Assembly (NCBI RefSeq): GCF_032191835.1
Contig: NC_083228.1
Location: forward strand, 91,388,001-91,452,000
DNA length: 64,000 nt
Reading direction: 5' to 3'
Source: Heteronotia binoei
Taxonomy: Eukaryota
The position numbers were made by a program, and so were the translations under genes. Under the pieces are notes generated by a model, which was not told the DNA's origin, did not search any database, and saw nothing but the letters and a program-made list of their open reading frames with translations. Of this stretch, positions 1-11,820 are shown in pieces; positions within the stretch are counted from its first letter, which is position 1; every line of letters begins with the position of its first letter.

Positions 1-59
1 GATGAATTGTTGCGAGAGGGGAGGCTAAATTCAATATATTATGGACGTCCGCTGCCTTT

Positions 60-912
60 TTCGAAGGCCTACCAGAACAGTTACATTTTATAGGCCATAT
101 GAGAAGGTAGTAAATCAGGTAAAGTTCTAATCTCAAATGGAAGCACGTTCCACCAAGTTGGGGCCAGGGCAGAAAAGGCCCTGGCCCTAGTCAAGACAAG
201 AAGGATGTTTTTCAGGCCAAGAACAAACAGCAGATGGCGATTGGCTGAACATAAGATCCTTCAGGGCAAGTATGGGAAGAGAAGGTCTCTCAAATATGTC
301 AGTCCCAAACCATGTAAGGCTTTAAAACTTGAAGCAGATCCAGTACTCGATGGGTAGCCAGTGCAATTGGTGAAGTGCTGGCCATATGCTTGCCCATGAA
401 GGTGATGCCATTAGCAAGTGCACTGCTACATTTTGCACCAGCTGGAGTTTCCAGATCAGTCCCAAGGGCAAGCCAGCATTGAGCGAGTTATAGTAATCCA
501 GCCTGAAAGTGACCATTGCATGGATCGCTGTAGCTAAGTCCTGAGAGGAGAGATAGGGTACTAGCTGCCTGATCTGCTGAAGATGGTAAAAGGCAGATCT
601 GGCAACTGTAGTGACCTGGGCCTCCACAGAGAGTGAGGCATCCAGTGTCACTCCCAAGCTCTTCACCTTCTGGGTTGGCATATGTGGCATGCCATCCAGG
701 GTTGGGAGCCATATACTTGATTCTACTCCACCTTGGCTAAGGTACAGGACTTCTGTCTTAGTTGGATTAAGCTTCAGCCAGCTCTTTGCAGCCATCCAGC
801 CATGGCTCTTCAGATCTCAGCCAGATGGTCCAGGGTGGAGTCTGGACAGCCATCCATCAACAGATAGAGCTGGGTGTCATTTGCATATTGGTGACAACCC
901 AGCCCATAACCT
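60..912 (-). mobile_element. L2-clade LINE, 3' part of ORF2 (RT C-terminal half), decayed
   Basis: Minus strand reads GCHQYANDTQLY (degenerate YADD, about 860-900), then ORF 322..795 KLNPTKTEVL...LDYYNSL...LQLVQNVAVHLL...LHWLPI, which are the same motifs as in the long L2 at 54080-57050. Confidence 0.9.
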
Positions 913-913
913 T

Positions 914-1203
914 CCTGGCATGTGTGACTGAGACCTGGGTGCAGGAGGGCAAAACTGTCACCCTGAACCAACTTACCTGACCTGGGTTCTTGGTTCTACA
1001 CAAGTCCCGGACAACTATGGGGGGCGGGGTGTTGCAATGCTCATCCAAGAATCTTTCTCTTTCAAGGCACTCCTTGTGCCACAAATCACTGGCATTGAAT
1101 GTGTTGACCTGGTGTGGGAGGCTGAGGAGAGTTTGGCTATCTGGTTGGTGTACCAACCACCTAACGCACCACCAGATAACCTGACTGCCCTGTTAGATGT
1201 GAT
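914..1203 (+). mobile_element. L2 endonuclease (APE) fragment, inverted relative to the adjacent RT fragment
   Basis: Reads LACVTETWVQEG...GGGVAMLIQESFSFKAL...LAIWLVYQPPNAP, collinear with 54330-54600 of the long L2. Confidence 0.85.
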
Positions 1204-1531
1204 AATCACAGTCATCTTCTAAATGCTCAAGGACTGACTGACTGATGATTTGCTCTAAAGCATTCCTAGGTATAGTTTGTGCTGACTAGCCAGTGCGGGG
1301 AGGACGGTTCCTGCTAAGTGCCCCCCCCCCCCGACTATTCTTCATGCCCCTCAGACTTTAGAAATCCTAGCTACTGGCCTGCTGTGCATGCACACTTCTT
1401 TGTGGGGTGGGGAGATTATTCTGACAAGCCCTGCTCTGCTGCTTTCTTTGAGTCCTGATCACACATGCATGCACATTAAAAAAGGGAGGGAGGCAGGAAG
1501 GAGGTGCATCTGTGATAAATGTGTTGTAATA

Positions 1532-1691
1532 CAATGCTCAATCTTCCTCTTTCAGGGCACTCCCTGCCCCACAAATCACTGGCGTTGAATGTGTTGGCCT
1601 GGCGTAGGAGACTGAGGAGAGTTTGGCTATCTGGTTGGTGTACCAACTACCTAACGCACCACCAGATACCCTGCCTGCCCTGCTGGATGTG
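1532..1691 (+). mobile_element. Second copy of the L2 endonuclease fragment
   Basis: Aligns by eye to 1034-1201 (gagagtttggctatctggttggtgtaccaac...cctaacgcaccaccagata shared) and ends at the same GATGTG point. Confidence 0.8.
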
Positions 1692-2132
1692 GAATTAAAG
1701 GGACATTCTTTTGGCTAATTCTGAAAAGTGTTTTTGTTTTAATTTTTTTTTAAAAGATCAGATTTCTAAGTGTGTATCTGGGATTTTATTTTCTTTCAAA
1801 AATACCCTGTTTAGGCATTACAACACTTGGATTGGATTCCATGGTTTATTGACTGGAAGTAGATGGCTAAATGTTTTAAAAAATACATTTATTGTTTCAT
1901 ATATTCCAGTTCAACATGAGCATTTCCTCTCTCTCCTCCTACCTGTGAAGACATTAAACACCCCTTTGCTTTTCAGACATTTTAATTATCATCACTAGCA
2001 ATTAGTAGATTTTGTCCAGTCTGAAAGCAATACATTATTTCAGTAGGAGAGATCCTCCTTTCCAGTTCTAACAGATAAAAATAATAATAAAAGAAACCTA
2101 ACAGCACAGCTTGCAATCTTTATTAGTGGAAG

Positions 2133-2290
2133 GGAGCAAGAGTCCAGTAGCATTTTCATGACTAACAAAAATTTATGGCAGGCCATGAGCTTTCATGAGT
2201 CACTGCTCACTTCACAGCTAGAATGTGAGCCAATCTGTCTTTATATCTTGGAGAGTGAAGTGGTTTCAGATGTAAAATAATGAGATGTTA
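2133..2290. mobile_element. Penelope-like short repeat (gagtccagtagcac...gactaacaaaatt family)
   Basis: Same motif recurs at about 2950-3030, 19217-19335, 21040-21081 plus 21989-22050, 33878-33960, 46495-46570 and 58245-58360. The family name is from memory. Confidence 0.55.
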
Positions 2291-3431
2291 GATGTTAAAT
2301 AATGTCAGGAGAAGCAATACCATCTTGTGAGTGTTATGAACTGTTGTCAACATTCATTCTTGACTGGTCCTTTAAGAATTTGTTTTACACAAGGAAATGG
2401 AATGATCATCTGATGAAGAGTGTTCATCAAAACACTGATCAGACGTCCCCTTTACCTGATGGTCTTCAGCTGATGATGATTTCCTTTGGACTTATTGTGC
2501 AGCTTGCTTTAGTGAAGTTCAGGAAACATTCTGTATAGCAATGGAAACATTCTGTATAGCAAAACCTGATGGACTATGTGGTAATGAATTATGCAAGCTA
2601 GGTTCATATGTTTATGAAATTATATTAGGTTTAATGAAATATATGAAGAGTCTTTCTAATATTCATATTGTGTGCCACACAGTTTTCATTACCTGTTGTT
2701 GATGAATAACAATAGCGGGCCATGGGTAATGAGAGAAGCAACCTACATCTCCGTTCAGCTCAGCGGGATGCACTGAGCTTCATTATCAGTTGCAATTCAG
2801 CAGTCACTTCTCCTAAACGCCCTCTGAAATTCCTTTGTAAGAGAACTGCTATTCTTAGGTCAGCAACATAAAATGTCCTAGGACCTAGAAGGTTAAAATG
2901 TCCTCCCACTGGGTTTTGAATGTTGTGGTTTCTTATAACTGTAGAAAGAGTAAGAGTCCAGTATCACTTTGAAGACTAACAAAATTTGTGGCAGGTCATG
3001 AGCTTTTGTGAGACGCTGCTCACTTCCTCAGACTTATGACAGCCCAAAGCAGCTAGTTCAACTGGTTGTTGTTGTTTCTTTCTGCAAATCCCATTGAAAG
3101 GGACTGTTTGCAGGGTCATGAACCAGTTTGGTTTGCAAACAAACTTCCTGGTTTGATTTGGTTTATGGTTTGGCCATGAACTGCATTTTTAAGGTTCATG
3201 CCCATTCCTAATTAAAATCCACACCAGTAGTAGCTGTTAAAACTGTATAAATCCCAGGGATGGTATTTAGTAAAAAAAGGTCTAGTGGAATAAGAAAAAG
3301 TTTCCAACTGATGCTAAAAGTCATGTAATGAAGAAGCAAGAAGGAGCAAGTTTCAAAGAGGAGTGGCTGTTGAGAAAATCTCCATGCATTCCTACCAGAC
3401 ATATTTCTCCAACAGGTTTCTTGCACTAAGG

Positions 3432-5164
3432 CAGGGGTAAGAATAAGAATTGTCTTGAACCACACATAAAATACACTAACACTAATGATAGCTGATGAGC
3501 TAAAAAAAAAAAAGAGTCCGTGCATAATTTTTGTGATATCCACTACTACAGATAAGCAGAAAAGCCTTTGCATAATAATCCTAATTATGCACCACCCCAT
3601 TTGGAGAGTCTTTAAAAATCATTGAGCAGGTCCCAAGTTTGTGATCTCTGATATAGAAATAAATGTACATATCTAGGTAATAAAACTTCATTAGTGTTTT
3701 GATAGTTTTAATTATAAAACTAAAAGAAAAGAGGACAGCATAAAACTAGTGGGATATTTGACATTGTTTTTGAGAAACTAATGCATCAATATCTGGTTCA
3801 ATAGAAATAGTTGCAATTCTCAGTCCTAGAGATTTTTGCCTGTGTTTAAAATGCTTCCTCTGGAGCTAGAAGAGATGTTTGTTTTGCTCTTTCCCAAACC
3901 ATGCCTCTAAAATCCAACAGAGGGGAAGGGACATCATTGTTTCCTCTCCATACCCTCACTCAGAAGCCTGGAACAGAGGAGGGAGGGAGTGGCAGATTTT
4001 TTTTTTTCACACCAGCCCCTTGCTTCCCAGCTGAATGTGGGTTTTTGCTGGCACACACAGGCTTGCTTTTAAAGCTGTCCTGAGCTCAGAAGACTCACTG
4101 TCAGGAGCAAAAGCGGGGGGGGGGGGGTTATTGCTTTATTTTTAAGCAGGAGGGCTGTTTTTTCTACAGGTTGGGGGGGGTTACCTCTCTTTCCTGGGAC
4201 TTCTGGGGGGGGAACCCTATGTCTGTGTGTCTCTTTTCCAGTCCCTGCTACAGAGAAGGGCAAGGGGATTCTGGAACTCCCACAGCGAAGATAGGGAGGG
4301 GGAATGCAAAAGAATTCACCTGAGGCAGTGGAATATCTCCATTTTGGTGACAGCAAGCCCAGCTCCACCACACACATCCCACCTCCAACCTTCACAGAGA
4401 GCAGCCAGCAGCCCACCCCACAAGCCCACCCAGGAGCTTGGGAGGCCAGCTATGCTATTCCCCAACTTTCCCAGAGAGGGGCCCGCAGCCACCCCTGATA
4501 CCTCCGGAGCACAGCCTAGAGGGATTCTTATCCTGGGTGGGAGATCCAGAGGGGCCACAGCAGAAAAGAAAGAAGAGCTGGAGAGACCTAGGAGCAATGG
4601 AAGAGCACTCTCACACATGTGCTCTGAGTCAGCTTCGGCACCCTCTCTGGTGGCAGGGGGGAAAAGCAACCGGATGTAGCCTCAGTCCCGGGATCTGCCA
4701 CAGCACACAGTTCCAGGCATTGTTTTTGTAGGAATGAAGACTCTCGACACGTGTATTGAGGAAGTGAGGAAAGCTTGCTTGCTCTCTGCAAGTCCTCGTT
4801 TTATTTATACATCTCTAATGAAAACAGGAAGCCTTTGTTCAATAGCATGAGGTTATGTCTTCATAGCCTCCAAGATTCAATGTAGCCAGCAATTTATCAA
4901 GAATACATGTGTCAGCAAAAGGAAGCGAGAATACAAGTGTAAGATGTCTGTGCCCTTTTAGCCTTTCAGACACAATGTGGGCGGCTCAGGCTGATATGCC
5001 AAATGCATGATCCACCAACAATTCTGTCTTCAGGCTTTGTGGGGTCTGGGGGCTCAAGCGCATGAGCCCCACAGTTTTAAGAAAGTTTATGAGTTTGTGT
5101 AGGCCTGCATTCAAAGCCACTCTGGGTTGCATGTGGCCAGTGGGCCATGAGTTGGATAAGTTAG
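3432..5164 (+). mobile_element. MER30/Charlie-like hAT non-autonomous element with about 1.5 kb of internal cargo
   Basis: Left end caggggt...aagaattgtcttgaaccacacataaaatacactaacactaatgatagctgatgagctaaaa and right end gttttaagaaagtttatgagtttgtg...gttggataagttag match my recollection of the two halves of MER30. Flanks are cactaagg (3424-3431) and tgctaagg (5165-5172), an 8-bp TSD that differs only at a decayed CpG. Confidence 0.7.
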
Positions 5165-5281
5165 TGCTAAGGTTTCCTCAGCTGACCTCATAGCATGAGC
5201 TGATACATTGCATACTGCTGACAATTTACCCCAAATTGTCTCTTCTGGCACATAGATGATAAAATGAGAGATTAGATGGAA

Positions 5282-5709
5282 TCTGGTCACCGCACCTCAA
5301 AAAGGATATTATAGCATTGGAAAAAGTGCAGAAAAGGGCAACTAGAATGATTACATGTTTGGAACACTTTCCGTATGAAGAAAGGTTAAAATGCTTGGGC
5401 TCTTTAGCTTGGAGAAACATCGACTGTGGGGTGACATGATAGAGGTTTACAAGATTATGCATGGGATGGAGAAGGTAGAGAAAGAAGTTCTTTTCTCCCT
5501 TTCTCACAATACAAGAACTTGTGGGCATTCAATGAAATTGCTGAGCAGTCGGGTTAGAACGGATAAAAGGAGGTACTTCTTCACCCAAAGGGTGATTAAC
5601 ATGTGAAATTCACTGCCACAGGAGGTGGTGGCGGCTACAAGCATAGCCAGCTTCAAGAGGGGGTTAGATAAAAATATGGAGCAGAGGTCCATCAGGGCTA
5701 TTAGCCACA

Positions 5710-5743
<34 letters not shown>

Positions 5744-5826
5744 ATTTTTGGCCACTGTGTGATACAGAGTGTTGGACTGGATGGGCCATTGGCCTGATCC
5801 AACATGGCTTCTCTTATGTTCTTATG
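5282..5826 (+). mobile_element. CR1 LINE 3' fragment
   Basis: ORF 5391..5606 [22 protein letters not shown] is the CR1 ORF2 C-terminus. The 3' tail is cttatgttcttatg and there is an internal (GT)n(AT)n at about 5711-5741. Confidence 0.92.
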
Positions 5827-6387
5827 AGCTAGCCTGGGCTGTCAAGGTTAGAGCTCAGTCTCATTACGATAGATTCATTACGATAGTCTCATTACAATAG
5901 ATTTGACAGCAATGAAAACACACTTTCAATCTGTTGAACAGTGAGTATGATACGCTGTTGAAATCAGCATAAGGGTGAGACCTTTCTGAACTACAGAACT
6001 GAATTGTATAGATTGCCAGCAGTTGTTCATCTGTTATACATTTGAGATAGCCTGTGCTGCAGCAGTGCAATGAAATGTCTTGGTCACGCAGAATATGTGT
6101 TCGAAATATTTGGAATATGTACTAAGTTCTGAGTGTTGGCATAATCCTGTGTTTCATTGGTGGAATATGAAACTTGTATATGATTGGTGGAATTTGTAGT
6201 CCTGTATCTAATGGAATCTTGAGAAGGAGAAGCAGTAGGTGACAGTTGAAAGGTGACAGTGTGCTAAGACTAAAGGTAAGAGAGTGATGAAATTTGGGTG
6301 GTCGAAAAGAAAAGGGTGTTAAAATATTTTATCTCTTAAAAGGTAAAACAGAAAAGGTTATGGTGAACTATTTAGAATGTGTTAGTC

Positions 6388-6445
6388 TCAGCCGCCCTGA
6401 GCCGCCTCGGTGGGGAGGGCGGGATATAAATCAAATAAAATGAAA
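6388..6445 (+). mobile_element. L2 3'-terminal remnant
   Basis: agccgccctgagccgcctcggtggggagggcgggatataaat matches the 3' end of the long L2 (57198-57240). Confidence 0.75.
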
Positions 6446-7494
6446 ATCCCTTACAGTTAATCCAGATAGTCAAGTAATTTCAGCAGATAAGTATGTATGT
6501 TGACTCAAGCCATAGCACATGTTGCTAAAATATATTTCAATGATGGTGTAACTTTGGATACTCTGCATTTTTTTCTTTGTAAGAAATTGTTTCCTTTGGT
6601 TTACAGCAGGTAGCCAACAGGAAAATATCACAAAAGGACCTGTCCTAGGGTTTTTAAAAACTTTTTCTTATGACTTTTTTCTCTACTGCTCAGCTGGTGA
6701 CTTCGTTGCTGGTGCTGTTCCTAGTCCATGGCCTGTTTCTAGGACAAAACAAAACTTGGAAACATGAATGGGATGGTAGTATTTTCATCATTTAGGAGTA
6801 GTTCTTGTTAAATAAAAGGTTGTCAACTTAGGCTTGTAATATCAGGAGACCTCCCTTTGCAAGCCCATGACTCTCACTGCTGTTTGAAAGGCTGGCAAGA
6901 GAAAAAATAATAAATAATGAAAATATAATAGAAAAACTGGCATTGCATTGACACCATGATGTTATTCCTAGGCCAAATCTGGAAGTGCTGTCATGTCACT
7001 CCATGATTCAGCAGAAACTCGATGGCTCAAACATTGTGAGCACATTTGGGATTCTGACACAAGTTGGTGAATGCAACCATAAAATCGCTATCACAAAAGG
7101 CAGAGACAAAAAAAATAGCTTCCTTAGAAGGTGAAGCCAAAAAAATGTCAGGGAGGTCATGCATAACTTTAACAATGACTTTTTAACATTTCAGGCAGAA
7201 GTTGTTTAACAAGATGCCTTATAAAAAGAGCATATTATTTTAAAATGTTTTCTTGTATATACACAGCTTACCTTCAGCCACCCAGTGAAGATTTTTGTGC
7301 TGTGGTGGTAACTGATGTCAAAGCAGGTTTTTTAAAAAAAAATCTGTACAGCCAATTTGATCTCCATTGGTCAATGAAAAGCCCTTCTGGGCAAAAGTGC
7401 TATTTTGATCCAAGCAAATTTGTAAACCATTTTATACAGTGCAATTCTGTACTTGGATGGCAGACCACCAAGGAAGTGCAGGGTCACTCTGCAA

Positions 7495-7590
7495 AGGGAG
7501 GCAATGGCAAACCACCTCTGTAGGTCCCTTGCCTTGAAAACCACATGGAGTCACTATAAATCAATGGCAACTCAGTATGCTTTCCATCTA
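7495..7590 (+). mobile_element. RTE/BovB-type 3' tail remnant
   Basis: ggcaatggcaaaccacctctg...ccttgaaaacc; the ggcaatggcaaaccac core is shared with the Sauria-type SINE at 31678-31695. Confidence 0.5.
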
Positions 7591-8415
7591 ATCTAACTGA
7601 GCCACACTCATCTGATTTTGTTCCTGACATGACATTTCTTCTCAGTTTACTAAATGAGAAAACAGTATCAATACAATAAAAGGCCACTAACATATCCCAT
7701 TTTCTTGAAAAGGTATCTTCCTGAAGATTTTAAAATATCTAAATTAGGAGTCATCTTGTATATCATGTTTACCGTGGTTTTATTTACATGTAAGATGCCA
7801 CTTTGAAAAATCTGGTACCAGATTGTGTATATTAGAAAAATTGTCTCTAAAATGGTATAGAATTTGGCAACTACATAAAAAATGGGAAATAATTAATCAG
7901 TATGTGGGTGTTTTCATGGGATTATTTCCCATAGAGTTCTGTGTGTGAATCATGATTATTTGAAGATTTTACTTCTGACATAACATCAGCTAAAACATTT
8001 CATCCCTGAAAACAGGCATTGTTCTCTTCTCGTTAGCTGTTTTTCCTTCATTCCCAGTTTGCTTTTTTCTTTCAGTTCTTGCTATTCATTTTTGTTTATG
8101 CCCTCCATGGTATATTATTTGAACAGCCAGATTATGTTTTCAAAATGTATAAATCACAAATAAGCTGATTTGCCTTTTATTTACTGGTTAGTATCACAGT
8201 TGTTTGCATTTGTTTCTGAAGTCTCAAAAGCTCTCTGAGAGCTTTTTTGCATTGTTATTAAATTGTATTTCGTTTTTAACTGAATTGCTCGTCATAGATA
8301 CCCAAATCTTCTTTCTATCAGTCTGCAGCATAATTGCACGCTTAAATGAAAATCAGATCCCCCCCCCCCCCAAGCTTTTGCAGTTTTTTATAATACATTA
8401 TTTTCTTTCTTGCAG

Positions 8416-8562
8416 GTGGCCTTTGGCCTTTGTTAGACATCTTATTGCTTTGAGCTACTGGATTCCCCGTAGAGAGGGAGGGAGGGAGCATGTACTGAGC
8501 AGCCTGGCAAACTTTTAACACTGATCAGTGTCTGTGGTAATGCTATTATTCACCAGCAGCAG
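8416..8562 (+). other. ST6GAL1: Candidate 5'UTR (non-coding) exon of ST6GAL1
   Basis: Polypyrimidine acceptor ttttctttcttgcag|G at 8415/8416 and donor cagcag|gtaaca at 8562/8563; 147 nt of non-repetitive sequence. Mammalian ST6GAL1 has a similarly sized untranslated exon before the first coding exon (from memory). Confidence 0.5.
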
Positions 8563-9199
8563 GTAACAGAGCTGTGATCAGATTAATGATCCACTTTGGA
8601 GATGGAGCACAGCAGTTCCAATAAGATTTTATTTTCTTGATTTAAGAAAATTGTCACTAGTAATCATTCCTTTAAGACTCTAAGGATGTAGGATACAGTG
8701 TTAAGGACCTCTTTGTGATTCTGTTTATTTTGTTGAACTTGGGGTTTAGCCCTACATAATTTCTCAGGTTAATTTCATAAAACCATAGGTAGTTTTTCGC
8801 AAGTGTTAGTCCTGATTTTCATAGCATTTATTCGGTTGTCTTTTTAATATCTGATGGTTTACATCAAGGTGATCTGTTATCAAAGATAAATGGAATGCCA
8901 TGGAATATTTCAAACAGTGAATTACAAATATTCACAAATCATGTGATGCAGAGTTCTGCAGTATTTCATACAGAAGGGGAAATTTGTGTTCTACTTCTCC
9001 TCCCATGTTAAAAAGAATCCTCAGAACCTTTGTCCATATATAAAAATGTCTGAGAAGCTAGTATTGAATTCTTTCTTGGATGTACTTTTTTAAAGTAAGC
9101 AGTTCATCTTTTGTTTTTGGTACAGCCTGATATTGAAACTGTGCCTGCGTGCAGGCCAGCCTCAGTTAGTAATTCTTCTAGCTTCTAAGAATCAAAGGG

Positions 9200-10433
9200 C
9201 ATACCCCTGCCTTTTGGAGCTGACACAATGGCTTTTTCCCACCTAAACCATCACATGCTCTGGAGGGACAGCACCCTCTTCCCTCAGTTTCTTTTCCACT
9301 GCTTCCAAGATGGGAACCTCCTAGCTGTGCTGTGCTGCATCACTTGCTTCAGCTTCTTCATTTTTACTCTTCAGAGTGGGTTGGAAAGCCTACCCCTTTT
9401 TTGCACATAGCGTCAGGATTCCTCTTTGCTGGATGTCTTTGGCTTAGCTTGTTTGGCAGGTGATGTGGCTTTTGTTGACCTCCCCACCCCTTTTGCTTTT
9501 GGTACTAGGTTGAAGCCTCATGGCTGTTAGGCTTTTGACCACATTGGTCTACCACATTGGTCAAACCTTCTTTTAAAAAATGCACTCAGTGTACAACCAA
9601 GATGACTCACAGTGATGACCATGATTTATGCCTGCTCTGTTTGAGGGAAGCTCATAACATCTCCACCTGCAAGATTTGCCAGAGTTTTTCCCAGAAAGCG
9701 TGCTTAGGCAGGGCTTTTTGTTTAAAGGCAGCTTTCTGAGAAATGGCTCTTTCTTCGTTGGAACTGCCCAAGTTGACCCCAGCAAACACTCAAGCCACTT
9801 CCGCAACTTAATCTGTTTCATTGGTTCTAACCACTGAATTCCATTTGGGCCCAGGTCATACCAGACAAGGGCTCTATGATTCCAGCCTTGGAATCAAGCT
9901 GACCATGTTCACCATCTTCATACCGCTTGGTTTTGGCACATGCAACTTCCACACTACCAGCAAAAAAGCCAAGAAGAGAAGATGGGTTCCTCCTCTGCTG
10001 CCAAGCAGCAGAGAACTCTTTTGCCCACTGTTTCCCCTACCACCCGGGACCTTGATGTTATTTTCATCCCACCTAGGACACCATCCACCCATTCTGAATC
10101 CCTGGAATGATCCATTCATGAACTTGATTTGGATCAACCAGTTCAGTTGAGGAACGCAGACACTTCTTGTCAGATCCATCAATTCCACCATCTTGGCCTC
10201 AGAGCTGTCTGCTACCCCAGTGGTCTTCCTCCTATATAGCCCCCTCTTACCTTCAACAGTGGTCCAAATTCTGTGCATAACACCCCCAGTTCAGACCGAG
10301 TCACAGTCTCCCTGCAACTGATTAAGAAACCATGAGGCTCAGGTTGCCTTCTCTCATCAAGCTTCCCAAGATTTGGAACCAGTGGAAGAGAGCACAGTGG
10401 CTTCTTGTTACAATTCAAAATGTCCATCAGAAC
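9200..10433 (+). mobile_element. DIRS-type (tyrosine-recombinase) retrotransposon 5' region and gag N-terminus, decayed
   Basis: ORF 9557..9739 FKKCTQCTTKMTHSDDHDLCLLCLREAHNISTCKICQSF carries the CxxC...D.H..C..C...H....C..C Cys/His pattern of vertebrate DIRS ORF1. It is followed by Pro/Ser-rich decayed sequence and cut off at a TAGGGTTGCCA terminus at 10434. Confidence 0.65.
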
Positions 10434-10718
10434 TAGGGTTGCCAGGTCCTGCCTCCTTCCTGGTGGGTTGATTACTAGGGAGTCATTATTGGGTCAGGTG
10501 CAGATGGTTTTACTCACATGCAAGGCTTTTTGTAGAAAAAGCCCAGCAGGAACTCATTTGCATATTAAGCCACACCCCTGGTGTCACCATTGCTCCACAC
10601 AAGACTTTATTTGTAGAGAAGGCCCAGCAGGAATTCATTTGCATATTAGACCACATCCCCTAATGCCAAGCCAGCCAGAACTGCGTTCCTGGGTGTTCCT
10701 GCTCAAAAAAAAACCCTG
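10434..10718. mobile_element. Composite hAT-type MITE remnants
   Basis: tagggttgcca terminus at 10434, two copies of aaaagcccagcaggaa(c/t)tcatttgcatatta, and an aaaaaaaaaccctg terminus at about 10718. A related fragment lies at 60085-60135. Confidence 0.6.
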
Positions 10719-10879
10719 CTCACATGTAAAAAGCTTTGCTTGGTAATCAACTGAGACAAGTCATGCTTGGAACCAATATGCCAAGCTAAAATAGAAATGT
10801 TGTTTTAAATGATGGTTTTATATAACGTAGTATTTGTTGAATTCATGATTTTATTGAATTGATATTGAATTCATGTTGT

Positions 10880-10928
10880 GAGCTGCCCTGAGCCTGCTTC
10901 GGCGGGGAGGGCGGGATATAAATAAAAT

Positions 10929-11006
<78 letters not shown>
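10880..11006 (+). mobile_element. L2 3' end with expanded (TAT)n tail
   Basis: gagctgccctgagcctgcttcggcggggagggcgggatataaataaaat followed by about 25 TAT units (about 10930-11006). Confidence 0.85.
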
Positions 11007-11007
<1 letters not shown>

Positions 11008-11537
11008 AATTCTTGGGGCCATCCTTGATTCATACCAGGCCATAGCTGTTTTACCCAGGGACAGGGATGCTGTCGTTTGCGATATGGCCACAAATTCCTC
11101 AGCAATTGTGGACAACTGGTTAAAGTCATTCAACATATGCTTGGACTAATGGCTTCCACTACTTCCATGTGGTTTCTTTTTCAGACTGCAAATGCACATG
11201 GTACAAAATTGGTTTGTTAGGAAATTTGTCCCTACCAGACACTATCAAGGGCACTGTTTTTCCATTCTTAGGGCCCAGGTGTCTAAAACAATAAGCAGTA
11301 AACCAATTCCAACAATTTTCTCCAGATTCCAGCAACCAGACAGGGAGATTCCTGCCCGTCCCCAATCATAACAAGAACCTAGCCATATATAACTTTAAAA
11401 TCTCCCTAGGGGAATACTTTGGATACTCCAAGCAAAAGGAGAAAGCTCCCATTTGCAATAATAAAAAAAGATTTCTTTTCATGTTGGCTCATTTCTGAAA
11501 GGTCATGCTAACACCCCATTTCCTCTTTAGTCTCAAA

Positions 11538-11820
11538 GAGCCAGTTTGGTATAGTGGTTAAGTGTGCAGACTCTTATCTGGGAGAACCAGGTTTGATTCC
11601 CCACTCCTCCACTTACATCTGCTGGAATGGCCTTGGGTTAGCCATAGCTAGCACAGGAGTTGTCCTTGAAAGGGCAGCTGCTGTGAGAGCCCTCTCAGCC
11701 CCCTGTACCTCACAGGGTGTCTGTTGTGGGGGGAGAAGAAATAGAAGATTGTAAGCCACTCTGAGTCTCTGATTTGGAGAGAAGGGTGGGGTATAAATCT
11801 GCAGTTGTCTTCTTCTTCTT
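11538..11820 (+). mobile_element. tRNA-derived SINE with L2-like 3' end and (CTT)n tail (Squam3-like)
   Basis: A-box tggtatagtgg and B-box ggtttgattcc; 3' end gggcgggatataaat-like then tcttcttctt. Homologous to 20662-20948 and 42520-42742. Confidence 0.85.

Noticed and set aside
10843-11136. ORF with a long poly-Ile run
   Set aside because: It is the translation of the (TAT)n tail of an L2 3' end.
11538-11610. tRNA genes at the SINE heads (also 20662, 31483, 34418, 51392)
   Set aside because: They have A/B boxes only, lack a complete cloverleaf, and continue into SINE bodies and tails.
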